Below are positions 55,436 to 64,000 of a stretch of DNA of 64,000 bases, piece by piece. A program made the translations under genes and the position numbers. The stretch is taken from NCBI GenBank assembly GCA_013359225.1, contig JABWCG010000001.1, positions 206,362 through 270,361 of the forward strand. Reading direction: 5' to 3'. Below the pieces are notes generated by a model that made no database searches, was not told the origin of the DNA, and saw only the letters and a program-made list of their open reading frames with translations. Within the stretch, counting starts at the first letter, position 1. Every line of letters begins with the position of its first letter. The DNA comes from Candidatus Buchananbacteria bacterium. Its GTDB lineage: Bacteria; Patescibacteriota; Patescibacteriia; Buchananbacterales; UBA6539.

Positions 55436-55454
55436 GTTATTTTATAGAGACCTT

Positions 55455-55787
55455 ATGGAGGATAAATATTTCAATTTATTCAACGACAATAACACGCCGA
55501 TAACGCATTGCCCGGTTTGTCAGATGCGCTATGATCCGCTTGAGGCGCGGATTTTGGATGAAGCTGAAAACAGCCATTTGGTCCATGTTAAATGCCACCA
55601 CTGTCAGTCGGCAGTATTGGCGGTATTATTGACCAATCAGCTGGGAATCAGTTCAATCGGTTTGGTGACTGATTTAAGCAGTGACGATGTCATGAAGTTT
55701 AAATCGGTGCTACCGGTAAGTGTTGATGATGTGATTGAAGCCCATGAGTTTTTACACAGTCAAAAAGTTTTGATTGATAAAATTTAA
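55455..55787 (+). CDS. Hypothetical Cys4 zinc-finger protein.
   Basis: 'HCPVCQ...CHHCQS' is present. Confidence 0.4.
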   Translation: MEDKYFNLFNDNNTPITHCPVCQMRYDPLEARILDEAENSHLVHVKCHHCQSAVLAVLLTNQLGISSIGLVTDLSSDDVMKFKSVLPVSVDDVIEAHEFLHSQKVLIDKI

Positions 55788-55814
55788 TTATTAATAAGAA
55801 AGCGCGAGGAAGTA

Positions 55815-56453
55815 ATGACTAATGCTAATTTAAACCTCAAGACTAAAACTCGTACCGCCGTCGGCAAAGCCGTCGCCGCGTTGAGAAAGTCGGGTAAAAT
55901 TCCAGCAGTGTTATATGGCCACGGCGTTGATCCAGTTAACTTGGAAGTAGACTATAGTCAATTTGAAAAAGTCTACCGCCAAGCCGGCGATAGTACCTTG
56001 GTTGATTTGGCGGTTGACGAAAAGTCACCAGTCAAAGTTCTAGTCCAAGACTATCAGCTTGATCCGACGACTAGCCGGTATACCCACGTTGATTTTTACC
56101 AAGTTCGAATGGATGAAAAACTCCATACCGATATCGTGTTGAAGTTTGTCGGTGAAGCACCGGCCATTAAAGAACATTCCGGCATTTTGGTAACTGCTTT
56201 GTCGGAAGTGGAAGTTGAATGTTTGCCTGCTGACCTGGTCCACGAAATTGAAGTTGATCTGTCAGTGCTTAAAGAGATTGACGTTCCAATCCATATTTCT
56301 GACATCAAGGCTCCGGCTGGCATCAAAATTCTCAATCATCCAACAGACGTGGTGGCGCTAGTTCAGCCACAACGAGTGGAAGAAGAGAAGCCGGCGGTTG
56401 TTGAAGAAACAGCTGCACCAGCTCAGACCACTGAACCTGCTGAGGAAAAATAA
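55815..56453 (+). CDS. rplY: 50S ribosomal protein L25 / general stress protein Ctc.
   Basis: The N-terminus 'RTAVGKAVAALRKSGKIPAVLYGHG' matches L25. An acidic C-terminal tail is present. Confidence 0.85.
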   Translation: MTNANLNLKTKTRTAVGKAVAALRKSGKIPAVLYGHGVDPVNLEVDYSQFEKVYRQAGDSTLVDLAVDEKSPVKVLVQDYQLDPTTSRYTHVDFYQVRMDEKLHTDIVLKFVGEAPAIKEHSGILVTALSEVEVECLPADLVHEIEVDLSVLKEIDVPIHISDIKAPAGIKILNHPTDVVALVQPQRVEEEKPAVVEETAAPAQTTEPAEEK

Positions 56454-56462
56454 TTTTTAAGG

Positions 56463-56493
56463 TCCCCCCGATAAATCTTCGGGGGGATTTTAT
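56463..56493 (+). terminator. Rho-independent terminator.
   Basis: The stem TCCCCCCGA/TCGGGGGGA is followed by TTTTAT. Confidence 0.8.
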
Positions 56494-57532
56494 GGTTAAA
56501 GCAATGAACCAAGAAATCAAAAAGTTTATTCAACAGTGGCAATACCTTGGTATTGTTATTTTTTTAGCCGTCTTGGCGGCTGGTTTTTTATTTTATTATT
56601 CAATCACGACTGAAAATTGGCTTGATTGGGATTCAACGATTAATCATCAAATTAGTCCGCAAACCGCTCGCTGGCTTGATGGAGTGATTGTTGACAGCAC
56701 CAAGGCCCGCCTTAAACCGTTTGCGGTGATGCTGGAAAATCATGTTGAAAGCCGTCCGGTGGCCGGATTAGAGCAGGCGAGTATTGTTTATGAAAGTATT
56801 GTTGAAGGAGACATCACGAGATTTTTAGCGGTCTTCGATCAGAATGTTGAGGTCAAAAAAATCGGTCCGGTTCGTTCTGCCCGGCCATTTTTTGTGGAAC
56901 TCGCTCAAGAATGGAATCCGGTTTATTTCCATGCTGGCGGCAGTGCTGAAGCGTTAGCAATGTTAAAAAAAAGCGAAATGTATAACATCAATGAAATTTC
57001 TGCCGATGGCATCTATTTTTGGCGTGACACTTCGCGCGCAGCACCACATAATCTGTTTACGTCGGCAGATCAAATCAGGCGGGCGATCCAAGCTAAAGAG
57101 ATTGATCCGGCCGCCGAGTTTAGTCCTTGGCAATTTAAAAATGATGATGTGCCAAACACTTCGGCTACCGGTGTGACCGATATCGAAGTTAATTTCAGCA
57201 GTAATGGGTTTTATCAGGTCCGTTATGAGTACGATCCGGATAACAACAATTACACCAGATATCTGGGGGGTAAGCTTCACAAGACGGAGAGTGGGATTAT
57301 TCTGAAAGCTAAAAATGTCATTGTTCAGCACGTTGACTATGATATCGTTGATGACTATGGCCGCTTGGCGGTTGATTTGGATGGCTCTGGTCCGGCAGAA
57401 ATGTATTTTGACGGCAATGTTGTTCAGGGTTCCTGGCAAAGAATTAACGGCCGAACCTACTTTTATGATAAATTTGAAAACCAGGTAAGCTTAAACCGCG
57501 GCACCACCTGGGTTGAGATTGTTTTCAACTAG
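56492..57532 (+). CDS. DUF3048-like (YerB-type) secreted or lipoprotein.
   Basis: A signal anchor is present. The family call is from memory. Confidence 0.5.
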   Translation: MVKAMNQEIKKFIQQWQYLGIVIFLAVLAAGFLFYYSITTENWLDWDSTINHQISPQTARWLDGVIVDSTKARLKPFAVMLENHVESRPVAGLEQASIVYESIVEGDITRFLAVFDQNVEVKKIGPVRSARPFFVELAQEWNPVYFHAGGSAEALAMLKKSEMYNINEISADGIYFWRDTSRAAPHNLFTSADQIRRAIQAKEIDPAAEFSPWQFKNDDVPNTSATGVTDIEVNFSSNGFYQVRYEYDPDNNNYTRYLGGKLHKTESGIILKAKNVIVQHVDYDIVDDYGRLAVDLDGSGPAEMYFDGNVVQGSWQRINGRTYFYDKFENQVSLNRGTTWVEIVFN

Positions 57533-57574
57533 GGATTTTTAGACAATTTGCCGGTATCGTATTTTTTACAAAAA

Positions 57575-57606
57575 CCCCCAAAAAAGTAGGGGGTTTTTTG
57601 CTTGAT
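57575..57606. terminator. Bidirectional terminator.
   Basis: The sequence is AAAAACCCCC-aaaaaagta-GGGGGTTTTTT. Confidence 0.8.
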
Positions 57607-57663
57607 AAGATTGACTAAATGGGGTACAATTTTAGGTGCTACTCGTAACCTTATGTATCCAGT

Positions 57664-59250
57664 ATGGCACTTGCCTTGTATCGAAAATATCGGCCGCAAT
57701 CTTTCAAAGATTTAGTTGGTCAAAACCATATCAAAACCACAATTCAAAATGAGCTGGAAACCGGCAAGGTCGCTCATGCGTATTTGTTTTCCGGTCCGCG
57801 TGGGCTGGGAAAAACTACCATGGCTCGACTTTTGGCAAAAGCGGTTAATTGTTTGAATCGTAAAGATTCTCAAAGTGAACCCTGTAACACATGTGCCGCT
57901 TGTTTAGAATTAATGGAGAATAAGAGTTTGGATGTCATTGAAATTGATGCCGCCTCCCATACTGGTGTTGATAATGTCCGTGAAAATATCATCGGTAGCG
58001 CTAGATTCACGCCAACGAGTCGAAAGTTTAAGGTGTTTATTATTGATGAAGTTCACATGCTGTCGATTTCGGCGTTTAACGCGTTGTTAAAAACCTTGGA
58101 AGAACCGCCAGCTCATGCAATTTTTGTTTTAGCCACTACTGAAATTCACAAGGTTCCACAAACCATCATTTCTCGTTGCCAACATTTTGAGTTTCGCAAG
58201 GTTGCCGATAGCGAAGTGCTGGAACGGTTAAACCATATTGCCCGCCAGGAAGGCATTGCCGTTGAGGCGTCAGTTTTGGAAAGCGTGGCATATTACGCCG
58301 GTGGCTGTTTGCGGGATGCGGAAAGTTTGCTGGGTCAAATTCTTTCACTCGGCGGTAAAAAAATAACGGCTGAACAGGCGGAATTGGTATTGCCTAGATC
58401 ACGTTTTGACTTGGCGCTTGAATTTATCAGTTTGTTAAACAAATCAGACGCTGCCGGAGCCATTACCTTGGTTAATGAATTGGTTCAGGAAGGGTTGGAC
58501 TTGGAAAAATTTACCGAAGAAACAATTGAACTGCTGCGAAAAATTTTGTTGCTTAAAATCAATAGCCAGCTGACCAAATTCAGTGGCAGTTTTAACAAGG
58601 ACCTGGAAAAGAAAATTAATGAATTAAGCCAGCAAACCAGCCTTAACTTTTTAATGAAAGCAATTGATGTATTGCTTGCAAAAAAGCTTGAATTACGCTA
58701 TGCTGAAATCCTACAGCTACCCCTTGAGTTAGCTGTTTTAGAAATCATTCAAGCAAACCCGACTGACACGCATGACGATAGCGCTGGCTTGGCGCCTGAC
58801 AGTAAGACTAAAACTACTGAAACGAAAAAAACGGTAGCAAAGCCAAAAACCGCGCCAATGCTGGCAAAAGTGGCTGAAGCGCCGTTAACTCAACCGACAA
58901 AGGTTGGGATTACACTCAATCAGATTAAAAGCCGATGGCAAGATGTTTTAAATCATATTAAAGATTTAAATTATAGCCTGGCTTCAACCCTGAAAATTGC
59001 AAACCCGTCAGCATTGTCAGACGACGGTACGCTGGAAGTGTGCTTTGAGCATAAGTTTCACCAGCAGCGCGTGAATGATTTGAAAAACAAAAAAACAGTT
59101 GAAGACGTATTGCATCAGATATTCGGTACGCCGTTGATCTTAAAAACTGTTGTGGTAAACGCAATGGTGCAGGAAGAAATCAACCAGCCTAAAAATGACG
59201 AAGCTGTCAATGTGGTGCTGCAGTCGTTTGGTGGACGATTAATTGAATAA
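57664..59250 (+). CDS. dnaX: DNA polymerase III subunits gamma/tau.
   Basis: 'HAYLFSGPRGLGKTT', 'IIDEVHML' and the sensor motifs are present. Confidence 0.9.
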   Translation: MALALYRKYRPQSFKDLVGQNHIKTTIQNELETGKVAHAYLFSGPRGLGKTTMARLLAKAVNCLNRKDSQSEPCNTCAACLELMENKSLDVIEIDAASHTGVDNVRENIIGSARFTPTSRKFKVFIIDEVHMLSISAFNALLKTLEEPPAHAIFVLATTEIHKVPQTIISRCQHFEFRKVADSEVLERLNHIARQEGIAVEASVLESVAYYAGGCLRDAESLLGQILSLGGKKITAEQAELVLPRSRFDLALEFISLLNKSDAAGAITLVNELVQEGLDLEKFTEETIELLRKILLLKINSQLTKFSGSFNKDLEKKINELSQQTSLNFLMKAIDVLLAKKLELRYAEILQLPLELAVLEIIQANPTDTHDDSAGLAPDSKTKTTETKKTVAKPKTAPMLAKVAEAPLTQPTKVGITLNQIKSRWQDVLNHIKDLNYSLASTLKIANPSALSDDGTLEVCFEHKFHQQRVNDLKNKKTVEDVLHQIFGTPLILKTVVVNAMVQEEINQPKNDEAVNVVLQSFGGRLIE

Positions 59251-59317
59251 TGGTTAGACTGTTTGTTCAACTTAATCTTCGTTAAATAATTTGGTATTTA
59301 AAAATCGTTTATAAACC

Positions 59318-59388
59318 TCGGGGGTCGTCTAATGGTAGGACGCCAGATTCTGGCTCTGGTAATTGGGGTTCGAGTCCCTGCCCCCGAG
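59318..59388 (+). tRNA. tRNA-Gln(CUG).
   Basis: The cloverleaf has a U1-A72 pair, anticodon loop TTCTGGC, T-loop TTCGAGT and discriminator G. No CCA is encoded. Confidence 0.85.
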
Positions 59389-59503
59389 GTTTGTAAATGA
59401 ATCCATAATTATTTAACTTCCAGTGAAGTGGGACGAGTGAGGGGGTTTGCACTAATAGTGATTGAAATTTGAATTCCTGCCGCCACAGGGTAAAACAAAT
59501 TTT

Positions 59504-60412
59504 ATGCAAAAAATTACGCCACATTTATGGTTTGATAAACAGGCAGTTGAGGCTGCTGAATTTTATACTAAAGTATTTTTTGATTCTAAGATAATTTCTC
59601 AATCAAAAATTAAAGACACGCCTTCCGGCGACTGCGATATTGTTGATTTTGAGATAATGGGCTACCGCTTGATGGCTATAAGCGCTGGGCCATTTTTTAA
59701 ATTTAACCCGTCAATTTCAATGATGGTTAATTTTGACCCGGCCCAAGACCAGAATGCCCGAAAGCGAATTGATGAAGTTTGGGAAAAGCTTTTGGAAGGT
59801 GGGCAGGCCTTAATGCCTTTAGATAAATATCCGTTTAGTGAACGCTATGGCTGGGTTCAGGACAAATACGGTTTTTCCTGGCAGTTGATTTTAACAAATC
59901 CCAAAGGAGAAAAGCGGCCACAAATTATTCCGGCAATGCTTTTTGTCACGCCTACTTGTGAGGCGGCCGAAGCGGCCACTGATTTTTATCTATCTATTTT
60001 TAAAAACGCCAAGCGCGGTATGATTGCTCGCTATCCGGCAGGCATGCAGCCGAATAAAGAAGGCGCAATCATGTTTACCGATTTCATGTTGGAAGGTCAA
60101 TGGTTTGCGGCTATGGATGCAAGTAGTCAGGTGCATAAATTTAATTTTAATGAAGCACTTTCGTTGGTAGTCAATTGCGAAGACCAGGCTGAGATTGATT
60201 ATTACTGGGAAAAACTTTCAGCGGTTCCTGAATCAGAGCAGTGCGGCTGGCTTAAAGATAAATACGGAGTGTCCTGGCAGATTGTTCCTAGTGTGATGAA
60301 CCAAATGATGAAAAGCGGCAGCCCAGAGCAAGTTGCTAACTTAACCAAAGCTTTTTTACAAATGAAAAAATTTGATATTGCTAAATTAGAAAAAGCTTTT
60401 AATCAAAAATAA
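59504..60412 (+). CDS. Tandem VOC/PhnB-like (3-demethylubiquinone-9 methyltransferase-like) domain protein.
   Basis: Two repeats ('ITPHLWFDKQAVEAAEFY' and 'IIPAMLFVTPTCEAAEAATDFY') are present. The ATG at 59504 is preferred to the ATG at 59462. Confidence 0.6.
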   Translation: MQKITPHLWFDKQAVEAAEFYTKVFFDSKIISQSKIKDTPSGDCDIVDFEIMGYRLMAISAGPFFKFNPSISMMVNFDPAQDQNARKRIDEVWEKLLEGGQALMPLDKYPFSERYGWVQDKYGFSWQLILTNPKGEKRPQIIPAMLFVTPTCEAAEAATDFYLSIFKNAKRGMIARYPAGMQPNKEGAIMFTDFMLEGQWFAAMDASSQVHKFNFNEALSLVVNCEDQAEIDYYWEKLSAVPESEQCGWLKDKYGVSWQIVPSVMNQMMKSGSPEQVANLTKAFLQMKKFDIAKLEKAFNQK

Positions 60413-61363
60413 ATGGATCGTAACTTAGCTTTAGAATTTGTCAGGGTAACTGAAGCCGCGGCAATCGCCGCGGCGAAATGGGTTGGTCGTGGCGATAAAA
60501 TAGCAGCCGATCAGGCCGCCGTTGACGAAATGCGTGATCGGTTTAACCAAATTAATTTTTCCGGAACGGTTGTCATTGGTGAAGGCGAAAAAGATGAAGC
60601 GCCAAAACTATATACCGGCGAAAAAGTTGGCAAAGGAGATAAACCAGAAATGGATTTAGCAATTGATCCTTTGGAATGTACTAACAGTGTGGCTTGGGGG
60701 CGCTATAATGCTATCACGGTCATTGCCTCCGGTCCTAGGGGCAGCCTACTTCATGCCCCTGACACTTACATGGATAAAATTGCCTCCGGTCCTAAGGCGG
60801 CAGCAGTTATTGACCTTGACGCTTCGGTTAAAGATAACTTAACTAAAGTGGCAAAAATTTTAAAAAAAGATATTAACGAGGTTACGGTCGTCGTCTTAGA
60901 TCGTCCTCGAAATGAAAATTTAATTAAAGAAATTAGAAACGTTGGCTCAAGGGTAAGATTAATTACGGATGGCGATGTCGCTGGAGCAGTAGCAACTTGT
61001 TTGCCTAAAAGTGGTATTGATTTATTAATGGGTAGTGGCGGCAGCACGGAAGCGGTTTTGGCGGCAGTAGCAGTCAAAATATTTGGTGGGGGAATTGTTT
61101 GTCGATTTAGACCAGATCTCAGAAACGACGAGGACGAAGTAAAAAAATATTTAAGTAAAATTAATATTAAAAATATTAATCATATTTTTCACGCCAAAGA
61201 TTTGGCTCAAGGCGATCAACTGACTTTTACCGCAACGGGAGTTATTGACGGCCCAATTCTCAATGGCGTTTTATTTGAAGAGGATAAAATTATCACTAAT
61301 TCAATTGTCATCAGGGGAGTTTCGGGAACGGTTAGATATATTACTACTCATCATCGAACTTAA
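60413..61363 (+). CDS. glpX: Fructose-1,6-bisphosphatase class II.
   Basis: 'ALEFVRVTEAAAIAAAKWVGRGDK' is the GlpX N-terminus. Confidence 0.9.
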   Translation: MDRNLALEFVRVTEAAAIAAAKWVGRGDKIAADQAAVDEMRDRFNQINFSGTVVIGEGEKDEAPKLYTGEKVGKGDKPEMDLAIDPLECTNSVAWGRYNAITVIASGPRGSLLHAPDTYMDKIASGPKAAAVIDLDASVKDNLTKVAKILKKDINEVTVVVLDRPRNENLIKEIRNVGSRVRLITDGDVAGAVATCLPKSGIDLLMGSGGSTEAVLAAVAVKIFGGGIVCRFRPDLRNDEDEVKKYLSKINIKNINHIFHAKDLAQGDQLTFTATGVIDGPILNGVLFEEDKIITNSIVIRGVSGTVRYITTHHRT

Positions 61364-61366
61364 AAT

Positions 61367-62413
61367 TTGTTCATAATAAAAACTAAAATGATTGATCAAG
61401 TAAAAATTAACGGACTTAATCAAATTGCCAAAACTTTACTGACGCCAGGTAAAGGCATTTTAGCGGCCGATGAGAGTTTTGGCACAATCGGTAAACGTTT
61501 TGATAAAATTGGTTTAGCTTCAACCGAAGAAAATCGTCGCGCCTATCGGGAAATGTTACTAACCGCGCCTGAACTTAACAAATATATTTCAGGCGTTATT
61601 ATGTTTGATGAAACGATTCGTCAGTCAACGGCTGATGGTGTTTTGTTTGTTGAGGTTTTAACTAAAGCCGGTATCTTGCCTGGTATTAAGGTTGATCAGA
61701 GTACAACCGAGATGCCTGAATCACCGACCGAAAAATTAACGAAAGGTTTAATTGGGCTACCCGAACGTCTAAAGGAATATGCTGCCTTGGGCGCCAAATT
61801 CGCTAAATGGCGGGCGGTTATTACCATTAGTGACACAACACCAACGGAAAATAATTTAAGACAAAATGCTTTGGACTTAGCACAATATGCCAAGGATTGT
61901 CAGGATGCCGGGTTGGTTCCGATCGTTGAGCCGGAAGTTTTAATGGACGGCTCTCATACGATGGAAAGATGTGCTGAAGTTTCAAAACAAATTTTAACAA
62001 TGTTGTTTGAAGAATTAAATAATTTGGAAGTTGCGATTGAGGGTGTTTTACTTAAAACTAATATGGTTGTTCCCGGTAAAAATTCTGGGCAAAAAGCAAG
62101 CTCAAACCAAATCGCCGAAGCCACCATTAAACTTTTTAAGGATGTCTTGCCGGCCAATCTTCCGGGCCAAGTCTTTTTGTCTGGCGGTCAAACCGAGGTT
62201 GAAGCAACGGTTAATCTTAACGCCATCAACAGTCACGGGCCTTTTCCCTGGCCGTTAAGTTTTTCTTATGGCCGGGCGCTTCAGGATAGTGCTTTAGCAA
62301 CTTGGAATGGTGAGGCTAAAAATGTGGTTGCCGCCCAAACCAAATTGATTCATCGGGCAAAAATGAACAGCTTGGCGGCTTTGGGCCAATATAACCAAGA
62401 GTTGGAGCGTTAA
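61367..62413 (+). CDS. Fructose-bisphosphate aldolase class I.
   Basis: 'GKGILAADESFGTIGKRF' and the Schiff-base lysine region 'VLLKTNMV' are present. Confidence 0.85.
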   Translation: MFIIKTKMIDQVKINGLNQIAKTLLTPGKGILAADESFGTIGKRFDKIGLASTEENRRAYREMLLTAPELNKYISGVIMFDETIRQSTADGVLFVEVLTKAGILPGIKVDQSTTEMPESPTEKLTKGLIGLPERLKEYAALGAKFAKWRAVITISDTTPTENNLRQNALDLAQYAKDCQDAGLVPIVEPEVLMDGSHTMERCAEVSKQILTMLFEELNNLEVAIEGVLLKTNMVVPGKNSGQKASSNQIAEATIKLFKDVLPANLPGQVFLSGGQTEVEATVNLNAINSHGPFPWPLSFSYGRALQDSALATWNGEAKNVVAAQTKLIHRAKMNSLAALGQYNQELER

Positions 62414-62417
62414 TTTT

Positions 62418-62999
62418 ATGTCCAAGCGAGCAGTTATTGTTCACTGTTGGGACGGCTCTCCGGATTATTGTTGGTATCCGGCCACTAAAACCCAGCTGGA
62501 ACAAAATCAATTTTCAGTCACGGTGCCGGCATTTCCCGAAACCGAAGCGCCAAATTTGGCAAAGTGGCTACCTATGCTACAAACCGTTGTTGGCACGCCA
62601 GATGAAAATTTATTTTTAATCGGTCACAGCGTTGGATGTATTACCATTCTACGGTATTTAGAATCGTTAGCTCCTGGACAAAAGATTGGCGGCGTGGTAT
62701 TGGTAGCTGGCTTTACAGATGACTTAGGCTATGATGAACTAAAGAATTTTTTTCAAACCAATATTGATTTCCAAAAAATTAAAAGCCATTGTCCAAAATT
62801 TGTGGCCATTCATTCCGATAACGACCCCTATGTTGATTTAAAGCACGCCGATGTTTTTAAGGCGGAGTTGAATGCTGAAATAATTGTTAAGCACCAGGCC
62901 GGGCATTTTTCAGGCGAGGTTGACAATGAAACTAGCTGCCGTAATTTGCCGGAAGTAAGTGATACCGTTTTAAAAATGATTAACCATAAGCAATCATAA
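62418..62999 (+). CDS. Alpha/beta serine hydrolase of the RBBP9/YdeN family.
   Basis: The nucleophile elbow 'LIGHSVGC' and 'VIVHCWDGSP' are present. Confidence 0.7.
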   Translation: MSKRAVIVHCWDGSPDYCWYPATKTQLEQNQFSVTVPAFPETEAPNLAKWLPMLQTVVGTPDENLFLIGHSVGCITILRYLESLAPGQKIGGVVLVAGFTDDLGYDELKNFFQTNIDFQKIKSHCPKFVAIHSDNDPYVDLKHADVFKAELNAEIIVKHQAGHFSGEVDNETSCRNLPEVSDTVLKMINHKQS

Positions 63000-63901
63000 T
63001 GAATATTCCAGTTAAAACTTTAGCTTCCGGTTTTAGTATGCCGGTATTTGGGATTGGCACCTACGGCATGGGCGGCCTTAGCACGATTGACCCGGCTAAC
63101 GATGACAATGCTGACATCGCGGCAATTAAAGCGGCGATCCAGCGCGGCGTGACCCATATTGACACCGCCGAGCTTTATGCCCAGGGCAAAGCTGAACAGC
63201 TCCTTGGCGAGGCGATTAAGGGTTACGACCGCCAAAGACTGTTTATTGTTTCAAAGGTGTACCAGGATAATTTGGCGTATGATAATGTTTTAAAGTCGTG
63301 CGAAGAAAGCCTGAAACGTCTTGGTACTGATTACCTTGATCTATATTTAATTCATAAATTCAACCCGGCCATTCCATTATCAGACACGCTCAAAGCCTTT
63401 GATGAATTAGTTAGGCGGGGATTAATAAAGCATATCGGAGTTTCTAATTTCTGTGCTGACCATCTGAAAGAAGCTCAGAGGTATACGGAAAATAAAATTG
63501 TTTTTAATCAGGTTCATTATAATTTGGTTTTTCGGGAGCCACAACGTAAGGGCTTGCTTGATTACTGCCAGCAAAATGATGTCATTCTGGGTGCTTGGCG
63601 GCCGATTGAACGGGGGATGCTTACTACGGATTTACCGCCCATTATGAAAGAAATGATGCAAAAGTACCAAAAATCGGCGGCGCAGATTGCCATTAATTGG
63701 CTGGTTAGCCAGCCTAATGTTGTCACGCTTTCCAAAAGTACCAACATCAGCCATTTGGAAGATAATCTTGGTGCCCTTACTTGGGAGATGTCGGAAACTG
63801 ATATTCGCAAATTAACTAATGAGTTTCCCGGCCAGCAAGATGTTTCCAACCGCCAACCATTAAGTGATGAGATTCTTAAAGAATATAATAACCAACAATA
63901 A
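62999..63901 (+). CDS. Aldo/keto reductase.
   Basis: The AKR signature 'GIGTYGMG' and the 'IDTAELY' catalytic region are present. Confidence 0.85.
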   Translation: MNIPVKTLASGFSMPVFGIGTYGMGGLSTIDPANDDNADIAAIKAAIQRGVTHIDTAELYAQGKAEQLLGEAIKGYDRQRLFIVSKVYQDNLAYDNVLKSCEESLKRLGTDYLDLYLIHKFNPAIPLSDTLKAFDELVRRGLIKHIGVSNFCADHLKEAQRYTENKIVFNQVHYNLVFREPQRKGLLDYCQQNDVILGAWRPIERGMLTTDLPPIMKEMMQKYQKSAAQIAINWLVSQPNVVTLSKSTNISHLEDNLGALTWEMSETDIRKLTNEFPGQQDVSNRQPLSDEILKEYNNQQ

Positions 63902-63906
63902 ATAAT

Positions 63907-64000
63907 ATGCTAGACAAGTTAAAACAGCTTAAACAGTTAAAATCACTGCACGACGCCGCGAAGTCAGAACGATTTGAAGCTTCAAAAGACGGCGTTAAGA
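63907..64000 (+). CDS. Partial ORF (N-terminus only), possibly a YbaB/EbfC-like protein.
   Basis: The ORF opens 'MLDKLKQLKQLKSLHDAAK' and runs off the window edge. Confidence 0.25.
   Translation, partial: MLDKLKQLKQLKSLHDAAKSERFEASKDGVK

Noticed and set aside
56963-57439. A 158-aa antisense ORF inside the DUF3048-like gene.
   Set aside because: It has no RBS, is embedded in a longer sense ORF with a signal peptide, and has typical antisense composition.
59309-59524. A 71-aa minus-strand ORF.
   Set aside because: It overlaps tRNA-Gln (59318-59388) and the start region of the VOC gene. It is an ORF-finder artefact.

Overview
This looks like a low-GC, compact bacterial genome segment. Hand counts of sample 60-nt lines in typical genes give about 33-45% GC. 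Genes are short and tightly packed, and many sigma70-like TTGACA-17-TATAAT promoters are visible. It is possibly a CPR/Patescibacteria-type organism, but that is inference only.

The core content is housekeeping and envelope genes:
- prfA-prmC and rpmE.
- A CIRCE-controlled heat-shock operon: hrcA, grpE, hsp20, dnaK, a DUF3467 gene, dnaJ.
- An envelope and glycosylation cluster: three GT2 glycosyltransferases, large polytopic membrane proteins and repeat-rich secreted proteins.
- A NOX-like ferric reductase, a DEAD-box helicase and typA.
- greA, queA, an ABC-F ATPase, an ABC exporter, an HlyD-like adaptor, a SEDS protein and rplY.
- dnaX, glpX and a class I aldolase.
- A truncated type-IV-secretion coupling-protein gene at the left edge.
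- tRNA-Glu(CUC) and tRNA-Gln(CUG).

The most anomalous signal is three sharply GC-rich, single-gene cassettes, about 58-70% GC in sampled lines:
- 11.1-14.6 kb: a 1049-aa lipoprotein with tandem DUF5011-like Ig repeats.
- 35.9-36.4 kb: a 117-aa membrane protein.
- 50.1-50.75 kb: a 156-aa soluble protein.
Each sits in AT-rich flanks and has a near-perfect host-type sigma70 promoter, a Shine-Dalgarno site and its own Rho-independent terminator. Two of the promoters overlap perfect palindromes.

Other notable elements:
- A low-GC OLD-family nuclease gene wedged next to tRNA-Glu between two terminators.
- An exact 24-bp direct repeat flanking a two-gene module.
- GC-rich palindromic hairpins inside the heat-shock operon.
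- Several repeat-built surface proteins.
- No CRISPR array and no rRNA were seen.
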